Of a stretch of 63,029 nt of DNA, positions 45,598-55,846 are shown in pieces. The stretch covers positions 1 to 63,029 of the forward strand of contig JBHLRP010000017.1 of the NCBI GenBank assembly GCA_048882485.1, in the 5' to 3' direction. This stretch comes from Candidatus Thorarchaeota archaeon. Its GTDB lineage: Archaea > Asgardarchaeota > Thorarchaeia > Thorarchaeales > Thorarchaeaceae. The notes under the pieces are model-generated. The model worked only from the letters and a program-made list of their open reading frames with translations. It had not been told where the DNA came from and ran no database searches. A program made the position numbers and the translations under genes. How positions within the stretch are numbered: position 1 is the stretch's first letter; every line of letters begins with the position of its first letter.

Positions 45598-46263
45598 ATG
45601 ACAATATCTATTCGGTGGCTAGGTCATGCAAGCTTCCAGATTAATGTTGATGAGAAGGTCATCTATCTTGATCTCTATCGTTCGAAGCAGCTAAGGGAGA
45701 GAGTTCCTGACGAATTAGATCCTGCAACATTGGTTTTGGCTACTCACTCTCACAATGATCATTGCTTCCCTGAAGCAATTAATGAAGTACGCAATTCTGC
45801 AACTACGATTATCGCCCCTGAAGACTGCGGTACTAAGCTAGGTGCTGCGATAACCTCGCTGGCACCGGGCGAAGAGGCCGAGGTTGAGGGGATAAGAATC
45901 AAAGCTGTTCATGCATACAACGTGAAGCGGTTTCGATCACCAGGCAATCCCTATCACCCCAAGGGATTTGGAGTCGGATATCTCATCAGTGCTGAGAACA
46001 AGACAATCTACTTCGCTGGGGATACCGATGTGATTCCCGAGATGAATGAGTTGGGCCAGATTGACGTCGCTCTGCTCCCCTGTGGCGATACCTATACCAT
46101 GGATAACAAGGATGCCGCTGAGGCTACATCAATCATAAAGCCCAAGGTAGTAGTGCCCATGCACACCTGGGACAAGAGCGTTGATGCCTTCAAGAAACAG
46201 GTTGAGAAAGAGACTGACACAGAGTTCAGATATTTGAAGGAAGGCGAGTCGTTTTCAATTTGA
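45598..46263 (+). CDS. MBL-fold metal-dependent hydrolase (UPF0173-like)
   Basis: WLGHASF, THSHNDH, YFAGDT, PMH. Confidence 0.9.
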   Translation: MTISIRWLGHASFQINVDEKVIYLDLYRSKQLRERVPDELDPATLVLATHSHNDHCFPEAINEVRNSATTIIAPEDCGTKLGAAITSLAPGEEAEVEGIRIKAVHAYNVKRFRSPGNPYHPKGFGVGYLISAENKTIYFAGDTDVIPEMNELGQIDVALLPCGDTYTMDNKDAAEATSIIKPKVVVPMHTWDKSVDAFKKQVEKETDTEFRYLKEGESFSI

Positions 46264-46318
46264 AGCGTTTCTGGAAGTAACATATGTATCTATATATCAC
46301 ATTTAATGCCGAAATACC

Positions 46319-46969
46319 ATGTCAATCGCTGAGAAGATTCGAGGTTTGCCTAGAGCAGCTCTGATAGGATACATAGCACCCTTGATAGCTCTCGCCTGCA
46401 TAGCGCTAGCCATCGCAATATCCCCGAGCTTTGACTGGGTGACAAATGCGCTCAGTGACCTTGGACACTACACAAGAACCGATATTGGCCCCAATCCTCT
46501 CGCTAGGGCGATCATCTTCAACTTTGGCTTGGTTACTACGGGCGTTCTTTTGTTCATTATCACATTTGCCTTTATCAAGCAGATCAATGATTGGCCCACG
46601 CGGATTGCGATGTTCCCATTTCTCATCGCTTGTGGCTTTCTCACTGCAATTGGCGTCTTCTCAGAGAACTTCAACCCAACCCACTATATGGTTTCAGTGG
46701 GCCTTTTCACAACTTTCCCATTTGCGATGTGGTTTGTTGGTCTATCTTGGCTTAGATACAGGCATCTGTGGTGGTTCTGTGTGCTATCGTTGTTGCTGCC
46801 TTTCTTCTCAGTCTACATCTGGTGGGGTACGTTCGAAGGTACTGTACCATGGACTGGTATGGCTATACCTGAAATCCTCACTGCCATGAGCGCAATCCTC
46901 TGGGTCTGGGTCTTCCTTTCACTTGAAGTGAAGGGCCAGCTATCTCATCTCGTCACACATTCGCAATGA
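46319..46969 (+). CDS. DUF998 family membrane protein
   Basis: FDWVTNALSDLG, IGVFSE, AIPE motifs; multiple TM helices. Confidence 0.8.
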   Translation: MSIAEKIRGLPRAALIGYIAPLIALACIALAIAISPSFDWVTNALSDLGHYTRTDIGPNPLARAIIFNFGLVTTGVLLFIITFAFIKQINDWPTRIAMFPFLIACGFLTAIGVFSENFNPTHYMVSVGLFTTFPFAMWFVGLSWLRYRHLWWFCVLSLLLPFFSVYIWWGTFEGTVPWTGMAIPEILTAMSAILWVWVFLSLEVKGQLSHLVTHSQ

Positions 46970-47906
46970 CCTTTTCTGCGAATATCTCACTTGTTTCGCG
47001 TTCACGTTTGTAGGGAAACAATACTTGGAAGTGAGAGAAGCCCAAGACTGCCAAATGCTGGAACTGTGCTGTTATTTCCTCAACAGACCCAGCCCATGCA
47101 CCAGGCAAGCTTGATTGTTTCTCCAGATACTCATCTAGTGTTATACTCTGCTCCCTAGCTCGCTTGGTGTTGAAGTCACAAATCTCATCCTCATTGTCAG
47201 TAATCAGGCAGTAGCCAAGGAATGTCTTCGTTATAGATTCGTAGTCACGTCCTTCATCTGCACAGTGATTTTTTAGGGCCTTTAGGAGTCTTTCAAGCCT
47301 ATCTGTTCCCCATGGAGAAAAATTGCTCATATCACCATATTTGGCCACAAGCTTCAGCGTGCGCTTCTCGCCATGTCCCCCGATTAGGATTGGAGGATAG
47401 GGTCTCTGAATGGGTTTGGGCGCAAAGACAGCATCGTTCAGCCCATAGTATTTACCGTCAAAGGTTGCTCTGTCTTCTGTCCATAGTTTGATGATGACTT
47501 GAAGGGCTTCCTCTAGGCGATCAAATCTCTCTCGGAGTGAGGGGAAACGGTACCCGTATGCGTTGTACTCGACCTCTTTCCACCCGGCTCCAATACCAAG
47601 TATGAGTCGCCCATTTGAAATCATATCAAGTGTGGCTGCAATCTTGGCAAGGAGTGAGGGGGGTCGATACGAATTGCATGTGGCAAGGACACCAAGCTTC
47701 ATTCGTGAGGTCTTTACAGCAAGCGCCGTGAGAAGAGTCCAAGCCTCAAGACTGTTCACCGCCACGGAATCCATATCTTTGAAGAAATGATCGCACGTCC
47801 AAACCGAATGATATCCTAGTCGTTCTGCATTAAGCGTGATATCCTCAATCGTTTCATAATCAAAGCCAAATAGCGGCTCAAAGTGGATTCCGAACTCAAT
47901 AGTCAT
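46953..47906 (-). CDS. LLM-class F420-dependent oxidoreductase
   Basis: WTCDHF, EAWTLLTALA, YRPPSLLAK, GIGAGW, PPILIGG. Confidence 0.9.
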   Translation of the reverse strand: MTIEFGIHFEPLFGFDYETIEDITLNAERLGYHSVWTCDHFFKDMDSVAVNSLEAWTLLTALAVKTSRMKLGVLATCNSYRPPSLLAKIAATLDMISNGRLILGIGAGWKEVEYNAYGYRFPSLRERFDRLEEALQVIIKLWTEDRATFDGKYYGLNDAVFAPKPIQRPYPPILIGGHGEKRTLKLVAKYGDMSNFSPWGTDRLERLLKALKNHCADEGRDYESITKTFLGYCLITDNEDEICDFNTKRAREQSITLDEYLEKQSSLPGAWAGSVEEITAQFQHLAVLGFSHFQVLFPYKRERETSEIFAEKVIANV

Positions 47907-48053
47907 GATTTGGCACCACAGAATTCAGATTCAGAGCAGTGGAAATATCTTACTCTGCACCTGCATCGGTTCGAAAAGACTAGCCCCAAGAGAAGACACA
48001 CTTTTTACTTGGAACTTAGTCCTAGGATAAATCGCATTCAGGTGGCTTGGGTC

Positions 48054-49250
48054 TTGGAGAATGAGAATAGCGTTTCAAAAAGCCCTTACAGATGGGTCAT
48101 TCTCAGCCTCGCTTGGCTTGTTTATCTTGCCTTTGGCCTCATCCTTTCCTCAATTCCCCCTCTCGCAACCACAATTGCCACTGATCTCTCATTGACCTTC
48201 TCACAAATGGGCGCGATACTTGGTTCTGTAATTCTAATGTACGTTCCCTTTGCCATCCCAACTGGTGCTATCATTGACCGAATTGGGCATAGAAAGATGA
48301 TAACCGCCGGTCTAGTTCTGATATCCTCCTCCGCTATTCTTCGTGTATTTGCTGCAAACTTTGAAACGCTATTTCTTACTGTGCTCATCTTCGGTATGGG
48401 CGGGCCAACCATTTCGGTTGGGCTTCCCAAAGTGGTCGCTTCTGCTTTTCATGGTCGAGAGCGTGGATTAGCAACCGGGATATACATGACCGGCTTCATC
48501 ATCGGGTCCACAATAGCACTTGCACTAACAAATGCAATCATTATTCCTCTTGTTGGAACTTGGCGTAATGTCTTCTTAGTCTATGGGCTCGTGGGGCTGC
48601 TAATTGCTTGCGCTTGGATTCTTCTAGTCAAAGAGCCAACTCCAAGCGGGGTTGAGAGTATTGCACTTCCGACATTGGACAAAATATTGCGAAACCTACA
48701 TCATTCCAAGTCTGTTTGGAAGGTTGCCATTATTGGAACCTCCGGATTTCTCATTTATTACGGATTTGGCAACTGGCTTCCAGCTCTCTTAGAGTCGAAG
48801 GGATTCAGCACAGTTGAAGCAGGATTGGTCGCTTCCTTCCCGACGTGGATTGGTCTTATTGGTAGTGTCTTCATCCCTAGCCTCGCTAAAGCAGGTTCAA
48901 GAAGGCCTATCATCATTGCAATCCTGATATTTCAAGGCATCTCCATAATCGTTGCAGCAATGTCTGTTGGATTGCTTCTCTTGGGATCACTTGCTATTTA
49001 TGGGATACTTAGTGGTGCAATGATGCCAATTCTACTGGTCGTCCTGATGGACCTTCCTGATATTGGAGCTGAATATACTGGAGTCGCAAGTGGAGCATAC
49101 TTCTCATTCGGCGCAGTCTTTGGATTTATGGGCCCAGCTATTGTAGGCTATCTCACTGACCTCACCGGATCCTTCTTCCCTCCAATTCTCTGTTTGGGCT
49201 TGGTAATGGAGGCAATGATTGTAGTGGCTTTTCAATTGAAAGAAGGCTAA
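48054..49250 (+). CDS. MFS transporter (CynX/cyanate permease-like)
   Basis: About 12 TM; motif A GAIIDRIGHRK; WLPALL; TTG start inferred. Confidence 0.88.
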   Translation: MENENSVSKSPYRWVILSLAWLVYLAFGLILSSIPPLATTIATDLSLTFSQMGAILGSVILMYVPFAIPTGAIIDRIGHRKMITAGLVLISSSAILRVFAANFETLFLTVLIFGMGGPTISVGLPKVVASAFHGRERGLATGIYMTGFIIGSTIALALTNAIIIPLVGTWRNVFLVYGLVGLLIACAWILLVKEPTPSGVESIALPTLDKILRNLHHSKSVWKVAIIGTSGFLIYYGFGNWLPALLESKGFSTVEAGLVASFPTWIGLIGSVFIPSLAKAGSRRPIIIAILIFQGISIIVAAMSVGLLLLGSLAIYGILSGAMMPILLVVLMDLPDIGAEYTGVASGAYFSFGAVFGFMGPAIVGYLTDLTGSFFPPILCLGLVMEAMIVVAFQLKEG

Positions 49251-49352
49251 TCTTCCAAACTTCCTGACACCATTGCCAAAATGCAAGAGGGGTTTCCAAT
49301 GCGCTGAACCTATTGATTATAATCACACTGAAACGATACCACTGCAAGCTAG

Positions 49353-50354
49353 GTGAGTATCATGTCCCAATCGGTGCTGGCTTCGCTCAGATCTATAATG
49401 TTCCTTTATGTTGTTGCGCTACTGATTTCGATTTCGTTAATGTCAGGCCATCCTGAAGTTTTGGGTCAGTCCTATTCTGAAACCATCAGAACGGATTTGA
49501 CAGGGATTAATGTTGCAGTCTATAACGACAGCAGTGCTCTCGACACTAGCGCCACCGCGCTCAAGGGGATGTTCGATTGGATGGGTGGCTCAACAGCCTA
49601 TGTTGATAGAGATGATATCAGAAATACTACTGTTCTTGATAACTACGATTTGCTGGTATTTCCTGGCGGCTCAACGTATGGATATTACTATGAGCTTGGG
49701 GAAGAAGGACGTCAGAAGGTCAGGGAGTTCGTAGCTAATGGCGGTTCATATTTTGGTATTTGCGGTGGTGCAATGTTCGGGACGAATTCAGGTCTTGGGC
49801 TTTTCGATGGCATTTACGGCAGTGCAGTAGGGGGTACTGGCACATACTTGATGGAATTAAATGTGAACCGAAGCTCAACTGGGCCGGATTTGTCAGATGA
49901 ACCAGCAAACTACACAACTCTATATTGGGGCTCTTCATACTTCTCCGGTCCCGGCATGGCTGATGCAATACCAATTATGACCTATCCCAGTGGCGGGCAA
50001 GCTGCAATGATTGTGTGCAGGTACCAGCTGGGCACTGTATTTCTCTCAAGCCCGCATCCCGAATATGAGGAGGGCGATCCTAGGGATGGCACTGATGCCT
50101 TTGATGACCTTAATGACCCTGAATCCGAATGGGGGCTGATGCTCAAGATCTCAATCTGGCTTGTTGAAATAGCGGGCACTGAATTGCCAGGCGGCACAGC
50201 CACCACCACTACGACAACGACTCCCGAATCTCCTTCAGTATCAACCAGTCCTCCACCTCCGGAATTTCCTTTGGGATATCCTTTGGTAATCGCTGCATTA
50301 GTAGGGGGACTTGGTGCAGTTGCCATAGTAGTTGTCTTGCTTCGCAGGCAATGA
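49353..50354 (+). CDS. Surface-anchored BPL_N (class I glutamine amidotransferase-like) protein
   Basis: Signal peptide, LLVFPGG, YFGICGGA, SPHPE triad, Thr/Pro linker, C-terminal TM. Confidence 0.85.
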   Translation: MSIMSQSVLASLRSIMFLYVVALLISISLMSGHPEVLGQSYSETIRTDLTGINVAVYNDSSALDTSATALKGMFDWMGGSTAYVDRDDIRNTTVLDNYDLLVFPGGSTYGYYYELGEEGRQKVREFVANGGSYFGICGGAMFGTNSGLGLFDGIYGSAVGGTGTYLMELNVNRSSTGPDLSDEPANYTTLYWGSSYFSGPGMADAIPIMTYPSGGQAAMIVCRYQLGTVFLSSPHPEYEEGDPRDGTDAFDDLNDPESEWGLMLKISIWLVEIAGTELPGGTATTTTTTTPESPSVSTSPPPPEFPLGYPLVIAALVGGLGAVAIVVVLLRRQ

Positions 50355-50433
50355 TATGCCTCCCTAGAGAATGGACAGGGTCGAGCATTATGCGAATCAC
50401 TGTTAAATGCGATTCTCCAATGAGCAATACCCC

Positions 50434-50610
50434 ATGGCTCTGAATACCTGGTTTCATGTCACGTTTGGTGAGGATTTCATTGACATCCATATTCATCCAC
50501 TTGGACGCGAAGAGCAACGTAGCAGAATACGGTGGGGCTCAATTGTAAGAGTATTCTTCGAGCCTGCAGACTTTTTGGGAACTGATGAGATACTCATTTT
50601 CGTTGAAGGT
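50434..50610 (+). pseudogene. 3'-truncated duplicate of the gene at 53049-53381
   Basis: 59 codons colinear with 53049-53225 (WFHV..FID.HIHP..REE.R.RIRW..PADFLGTDEILIFVEG); homology stops at 50610. Confidence 0.8.
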
Positions 50611-52944
50611 TCAGGTCCTTCTCCTTTGGATTAAGACTATCACAAACACTACAACTGCCGTTCCTACTCCAGCCGCAATCATCAGAATTTGCTCTATGCC
50701 TAGTAAGCCGTCAGTCTGACTCGTTCTTGGCGTAGTTGTTGTGGTTGGAGTAAATTCACTGGCGTTTACTATGTTCAGATAAAACGTGTGATTGGCTGAG
50801 TTCCCTACTATATCATAGACTATGACGAAGACTGTATAGTTATCTATCTCAAGGTATTGTGTGTCAATCAACACGTCACCCCCAAGCCATGGATAGCCAA
50901 ATGGACCATAATTCAGGCCATATATCAAGTATTCAACCGACAATGGATTACTATCTGAAGCTGGAAGCCTCACATAATGCTCGACATTGTAGGGGGCGGT
51001 CGCATTGACAGGACCACTGAGTGTTGGCAAATCTTTGTCCTCGGGTATGTCCTTGTATATTTCATAGAAGTATTCCCTCTGCATAGGATTGAAGGCGAGT
51101 CCATCTCCTTGCAGCCACTGTCGCCAGGTTCGAAACTCTCTCTCTTGATACATCCACAAGTAACATGCATCTTCAGCAATCTTCTCCTGTATGAGACTGA
51201 ACAACCGGTTTCGCTCATCCGAAACCGCTTCGACTTCTCCTGCTTCGAACCATAAGTTCACCTCAGTATTATTGTAGCCTATACTCCGAGGGGCTCCATA
51301 TTGATATGCTAGGGCGTAGAGCGAATCACTGATGTCTGCATAAGCCGGGCGGAAGCTCCATGTCCATACCATCTTCCATCTGTTTATGCCAAGCAAAGCG
51401 TAGTCATTTGTGCTAAGCTCATCGATCACACAAGACATTCCTGAATCCAAACCTTCTGTTGATGCCTCAGGATGACTCCAGATGGCTTCCAAACTTTCTT
51501 TCAACAATAAGAGCAAATCGTATCTAATGTCTGAATCATCAGCATAGGAGAATCTGATTTCATTATTCATATCATTGAGTGTCGTAACAAAAGTTGTATT
51601 TGCCATAGCAAGATTCCATTCTTCAACAGCCCTTGTTATGTTCAATTCCATTTGATATGCCGTTCCGTTATGACCCGCCATTCCTTGTGGAACTGGACCC
51701 TTTCCCTGAACTCCAAATCCGTGTAGAATAGAATCAATGAATCCCTCATAATCAACAGCCCAAGAAACCGCCCTTCGGAAATTGATATTATGAAATGGGC
51801 TTATATACAAGGCGCCGTCTGGATCAAACTTGATTTCATCTTGATCAAACCCGACAAAGAACATGTCGTAGTGCAGTCCTGAGGTTGAAACATTGGTTCC
51901 TGGATAAATAGGTTCTCTAGTAGTGGGATTGATGACATTGTAATGATAGATCGGTGTCATGTCGCATCCATCAGTCCTGCCTAGTGCAAGATTATCGATT
52001 CTACCAAGTTCCCATTCCTCAAGTCTAATGATTATCTCTTCGAAATATCCCGCATAAGATGGCGCAGTGACAGAAGGATCAGTGACTGTATCTCTCCAAT
52101 AATCTATGTTCTTTCCCAAACGTGTAAAGTATGGGTAGTCGTACTCAAGAAATACATAGGGTCCAGTACCACACATATGTTTCTCCATATAGGTGTGAGT
52201 TTCTCCGAAGTCGATTCCATATTCGTCCCATGATGTAAATCCGCTTTCAGCATGGGCGAGAACATATGTTGGACTCATGATTACGCTAATTGGGTGTGCA
52301 AGGAGCGATAGAAAATAGGGATATGGTTCTCTAAGTGTGAATCGGATTGTGTAGGTATCGAGTACAAAGATCGCTCCAGTATCAAGCCACTCGTCAAATG
52401 CTGCTACATGCTCATCCGATCCCCACCCGTACTTATAAGCCGCATCATAGACTGCCTCTGTGCCATCAAGATGATAGGTCAATACCCAATAGTCAGAATC
52501 GTAGGATGACATCTTGAACGACCTTGCAAAGTTCCACTTCACACAGCTTGCATTGAATGGTGTTCCATCATGAAATCGGATGTCTTGTCTTAGTGGAATC
52601 GTATAGTTCAGCTCGTCACCAGAGATTGTTGGGCTATCAGATGCTAAGAGTGGGACCAATGGTTCTGTAGCGTTTGTGCCTCTGGGGTATGTATAGAGCC
52701 CCTCATACACATTGCATTGAATCCGTTCCGCTACGGGTTCAGTAAAGGCATGTGGATCAAAAGATGCCGGATGACTGTCAATTTCCCATATCAGGGTGTT
52801 TATCGGAGGTGGGCCTCTAAAATAATCTGGCATTAGTACTGACGAAGTAAAATTCGCACCATGGCCTGCCGTGCTCAAAGAAACACTGCTCGTCAGGATG
52901 ATGATCAATACAAAAGAAAATGCAGCATGTGAGAGATTCTTCAT
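50611..52944 (-). CDS. ABC peptide/nickel-type solute-binding protein (family 5) with C-terminal Ig-like domain, Thr linker and TM anchor
   Basis: SFDPH, NVYEGL, LRQDIRFHDGTPFNA, GTGPY, FRRAVSWAVD; alternative start at 52974. Confidence 0.9.
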   Translation of the reverse strand: MKNLSHAAFSFVLIIILTSSVSLSTAGHGANFTSSVLMPDYFRGPPPINTLIWEIDSHPASFDPHAFTEPVAERIQCNVYEGLYTYPRGTNATEPLVPLLASDSPTISGDELNYTIPLRQDIRFHDGTPFNASCVKWNFARSFKMSSYDSDYWVLTYHLDGTEAVYDAAYKYGWGSDEHVAAFDEWLDTGAIFVLDTYTIRFTLREPYPYFLSLLAHPISVIMSPTYVLAHAESGFTSWDEYGIDFGETHTYMEKHMCGTGPYVFLEYDYPYFTRLGKNIDYWRDTVTDPSVTAPSYAGYFEEIIIRLEEWELGRIDNLALGRTDGCDMTPIYHYNVINPTTREPIYPGTNVSTSGLHYDMFFVGFDQDEIKFDPDGALYISPFHNINFRRAVSWAVDYEGFIDSILHGFGVQGKGPVPQGMAGHNGTAYQMELNITRAVEEWNLAMANTTFVTTLNDMNNEIRFSYADDSDIRYDLLLLLKESLEAIWSHPEASTEGLDSGMSCVIDELSTNDYALLGINRWKMVWTWSFRPAYADISDSLYALAYQYGAPRSIGYNNTEVNLWFEAGEVEAVSDERNRLFSLIQEKIAEDACYLWMYQEREFRTWRQWLQGDGLAFNPMQREYFYEIYKDIPEDKDLPTLSGPVNATAPYNVEHYVRLPASDSNPLSVEYLIYGLNYGPFGYPWLGGDVLIDTQYLEIDNYTVFVIVYDIVGNSANHTFYLNIVNASEFTPTTTTTPRTSQTDGLLGIEQILMIAAGVGTAVVVFVIVLIQRRRT

Positions 52945-53048
52945 AACTCTGCCCCATTTGACAATACGCATCAATGTAAAGTATTTTCCTACTAGAATTC
53001 ATTGGCATCCATCAACGTTAAATGTCCTCTCACATGTAATGGAGAATT

Positions 53049-53381
53049 ATGGCTCTTAGCACTTGGTTTCACGTGAAGTTCAATGAAGAATTCATTGATG
53101 TTCATATCCACCCTCCTGAGAGAGAAGAGAGCCGTGCAAGAATAAGGTGGGATGAGATAATTCGAGTATGTTTCCGACCTGCAGACTTCTTGGGAACTGA
53201 CGAGATACTCATCTTTGTTGAAGGGCAAGAACCAAGCTATCTGATACCTATGGAAGCGGATGGAGGGTTGGCTCTGTGGTCGCAGATACTTGATCGTGAG
53301 CTTTTCGATGCAAAACTGGCAATCAATCTCGCGTCCTCCTCAGATGAGCAATATCACTGCTGGCCTAGTTTGGAAGATTAG
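53049..53381 (+). CDS. Hypothetical protein (PH-like fold suspected)
   Basis: 110-aa ORF with IRWDEI strand pattern; upstream GGAG; partial paralog at 50434. Confidence 0.75.
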   Translation: MALSTWFHVKFNEEFIDVHIHPPEREESRARIRWDEIIRVCFRPADFLGTDEILIFVEGQEPSYLIPMEADGGLALWSQILDRELFDAKLAINLASSSDEQYHCWPSLED

Positions 53382-53384
53382 CCT

Positions 53385-54350
53385 TCACAATTTATGAAAT
53401 TCGATATCAGTGTAGGTGTCTTCTCCTAAGATTCTCCTTCTGAATCTTCCCCTCACTTCTTCTGGCACACTTGGTGGCAGATACATGAAGAGAATTGCAT
53501 CCCTGACCTGCATGAACATCTTTAGTTGTTCAAGCCACATCGAGTCTAGAGTGTTCTCACTTTTGTACCCTTCAAGAAAAGCCGGTAGGAATCTCGATGC
53601 AAATTCCCTTTGCTCATCAGCATCGTTCCTTAGCATTGATACATAGAGTGGATAGTAGAGAGCGACTGCAATCTCAGATACGAACCACTTGTAGCATGCA
53701 CGATCGAAGTCTAGGATAGCTGATAGCTTGTTATCCTTTACAAAGAAATTTCCCACATGGATATCCGAATGCACGAGACCATGTTCCTCTCTTCCCTTAG
53801 GCAATTCATGCATGCTCTGAAAGAGATTGCTGACCTTCTCCCTGACTTTCATGTCTTCTCTCTTGATGAGAGAGAGGTCCAACTCAGGCCGGAACTCATA
53901 CCTTCTAGCTGATTTGGGTTTGTAGTCTTTGGTGACTGAGTGCATCCTTCCAATGGTCCTACCCCAGTCCCTTACAACAGAGTAATTCCAGCTCTTGGGA
54001 TCTCCAAAATCGAGCTGTTCTCCCTCCGCTTCCTCAAAGGCAACCACATTGTAGGAGTCCTTTCCCTTTCCTATCCTCTCAACATAAATTCCATTCTCTG
54101 ATTTTACGGGTTTTACTACTGGCACATTCTTCTCAAGAAGATAAACCACCCAATCAATCTCCGCACTCACAAGGTCGAGAGTCATGTGCGAGCTATGACC
54201 AAATCGGAGGAAGACTGTCTTTCCATCTTTTTGATAGGAATAGACGGCGTTCTCCATTCCCCCTGCAAAGTTCAGTTGCTCCGAAGCCACGCCATATCGC
54301 TCACGGGCCAGCTCCTGATGCGCCTTTGAAATGGTATCTCCCCTACTCAT
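53385..54350 (-). CDS. Aminoglycoside phosphotransferase/type II homoserine kinase-like kinase
   Basis: ENAVY, GRMH, HSDIHVGNF, ILDFD. Confidence 0.88.
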   Translation of the reverse strand: MSRGDTISKAHQELARERYGVASEQLNFAGGMENAVYSYQKDGKTVFLRFGHSSHMTLDLVSAEIDWVVYLLEKNVPVVKPVKSENGIYVERIGKGKDSYNVVAFEEAEGEQLDFGDPKSWNYSVVRDWGRTIGRMHSVTKDYKPKSARRYEFRPELDLSLIKREDMKVREKVSNLFQSMHELPKGREEHGLVHSDIHVGNFFVKDNKLSAILDFDRACYKWFVSEIAVALYYPLYVSMLRNDADEQREFASRFLPAFLEGYKSENTLDSMWLEQLKMFMQVRDAILFMYLPPSVPEEVRGRFRRRILGEDTYTDIEFHKL

Positions 54351-54463
54351 AGACTCAGCGTGCCCAATTGCAATATTATGCCTTGCCACCAACGCAGAAT
54401 TTCTGAATTCTCGGCATCAAAAAGAAGTAAGTAGAGAACCCCAAGAGGGGCTCTCAAATTATG

Positions 54464-55780
54464 CTACTCAATTAGCTGGTCAAGAACTTCAAGAAGCTCG
54501 ACGACCTTCAGCTTCGACCCCTCAGCAGAAAGGTCTTTGCCGGTCTCTTCTTCCTCCTTCTTCATGGCCTTTACGGCATCAGAGAAATTCGTGATGCAGA
54601 ATGGACATGAGGTCATGATGACATCTGCACCAGTAGAAGCCGCTTCTTTCATCCGTTCCCTAGCAGTGGCATTCGCCATATCAGGAAACTGTGCCTTCAC
54701 ACCGCCTCCGGCCCCACAGCAGAAGCTGTCGCCCTTGATGCGATACATCTCATGGAGTTCAAGGCCGGGAATTGCTCTCAAGACCTCACGGGGCATCTCA
54801 TAGTACTCAGCCTCGGCTCTCTTGGCCTTTCGCTCATCGAGAAGCCAGTTCTCTGAGTTCTCAAGGATGTCCTTCTTGATAGCTAGACCAACATGGCGAA
54901 TGCTATGGCAGGGATCATGCCAAGTGACCTTCTCAGCGTACTCCTTGCTAATTTTGAGCTTGCTTTCCTTCAGAAGCTCATATACTAGGTCCACGGTGTG
55001 CTTCACCTTGAATGGCAAAGGCTTTCCGCTCATGGTGGGATAGTCGTTGCGGAATGTCTTGTAGCAGCCAGCGCATGAATAAACAAGCAGGTCAAAGTCC
55101 TTGAAGATCTCTAGGTTCTTCTCCATGACTTCTCTAAACACATCTCTCTGTCCGGTCCTCAGCAGTGGTGAACCACAGCAGACCTCCTCACTCATCACAG
55201 TGAAGTCGAAACCAAGTTTCTTCAGGATTGATGCAGTGTGGTCTGCGACATGCTGTTGGCGATATGCTCCAGTACAGCCCACAAAATACGCCACTTTCAC
55301 GTTCTTGTTGTCAACCTCGCCACTAAACCACTTGGTACGTTCCTCAAATGGCTCAGCATAGGGATTCTTCATGTTGGGATCTCTGACCCTAGTCCCGAAG
55401 CCTTTGTGCTTGTCAAGCGGTTCCACACCTGCTTCGAGGACAGCTGCCCTGAGCGCCTCAGTGACATGTACTGTGTCAATATAGTTTGGGCACTGAGTTT
55501 CGCACATGCCACATGTCGTGCACGCTTCAGCTACCTCGAGTAGTTCCCTGCTGGCTGGCAGTTCGCCGTTCAAAAACGCCCGGGCCATCCATTGCTTACC
55601 GGAGTTGAAATAGCCCTCCCATCCGAAGTATATCCCTGCGGGGCAACCCTGAAGCATCCCGGTATATTCCTCAGTTTCCCCCTCTTTGTCAGGCTCGCCG
55701 CTGTATGCATACTGACAGGCTCGGCAGTGAATACATCGTGCGTTGATCTTGCGAAGTTCCTCTAGTGTTACCATGTCCAT
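54464..55780 (-). CDS. Fe-S oxidoreductase, HdrD/GlcF-like (2x4Fe-4S + two CCG domains)
   Basis: CIHCRAC..CP, CTTCGMCETQCP, YFVGC, EVCCG, WHDPC, FCCGAGGG, SCPFC. Confidence 0.9.
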   Translation of the reverse strand: MDMVTLEELRKINARCIHCRACQYAYSGEPDKEGETEEYTGMLQGCPAGIYFGWEGYFNSGKQWMARAFLNGELPASRELLEVAEACTTCGMCETQCPNYIDTVHVTEALRAAVLEAGVEPLDKHKGFGTRVRDPNMKNPYAEPFEERTKWFSGEVDNKNVKVAYFVGCTGAYRQQHVADHTASILKKLGFDFTVMSEEVCCGSPLLRTGQRDVFREVMEKNLEIFKDFDLLVYSCAGCYKTFRNDYPTMSGKPLPFKVKHTVDLVYELLKESKLKISKEYAEKVTWHDPCHSIRHVGLAIKKDILENSENWLLDERKAKRAEAEYYEMPREVLRAIPGLELHEMYRIKGDSFCCGAGGGVKAQFPDMANATARERMKEAASTGADVIMTSCPFCITNFSDAVKAMKKEEEETGKDLSAEGSKLKVVELLEVLDQLIE

Positions 55781-55846
55781 CTTCCTCCTGTTTCTCTTCT
55801 TACATTAAAGATGTTACGTTGCGTAACTTTTTCCGCCCCCTGGATT

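Noticed and set aside
47883-48053. N-terminal extension of the MFS ORF (similar extensions on ORFs at 24649, 28606, 37812, 40446, 45493)
   Set aside because: They overlap neighbouring genes or promoters and are not domain-like; downstream starts were chosen instead.
50190-50270. ACC/ACG-rich low-complexity tract (also near 50730-50750)
   Set aside because: Encodes Thr/Pro linkers of surface proteins; not a DNA repeat element or CRISPR.
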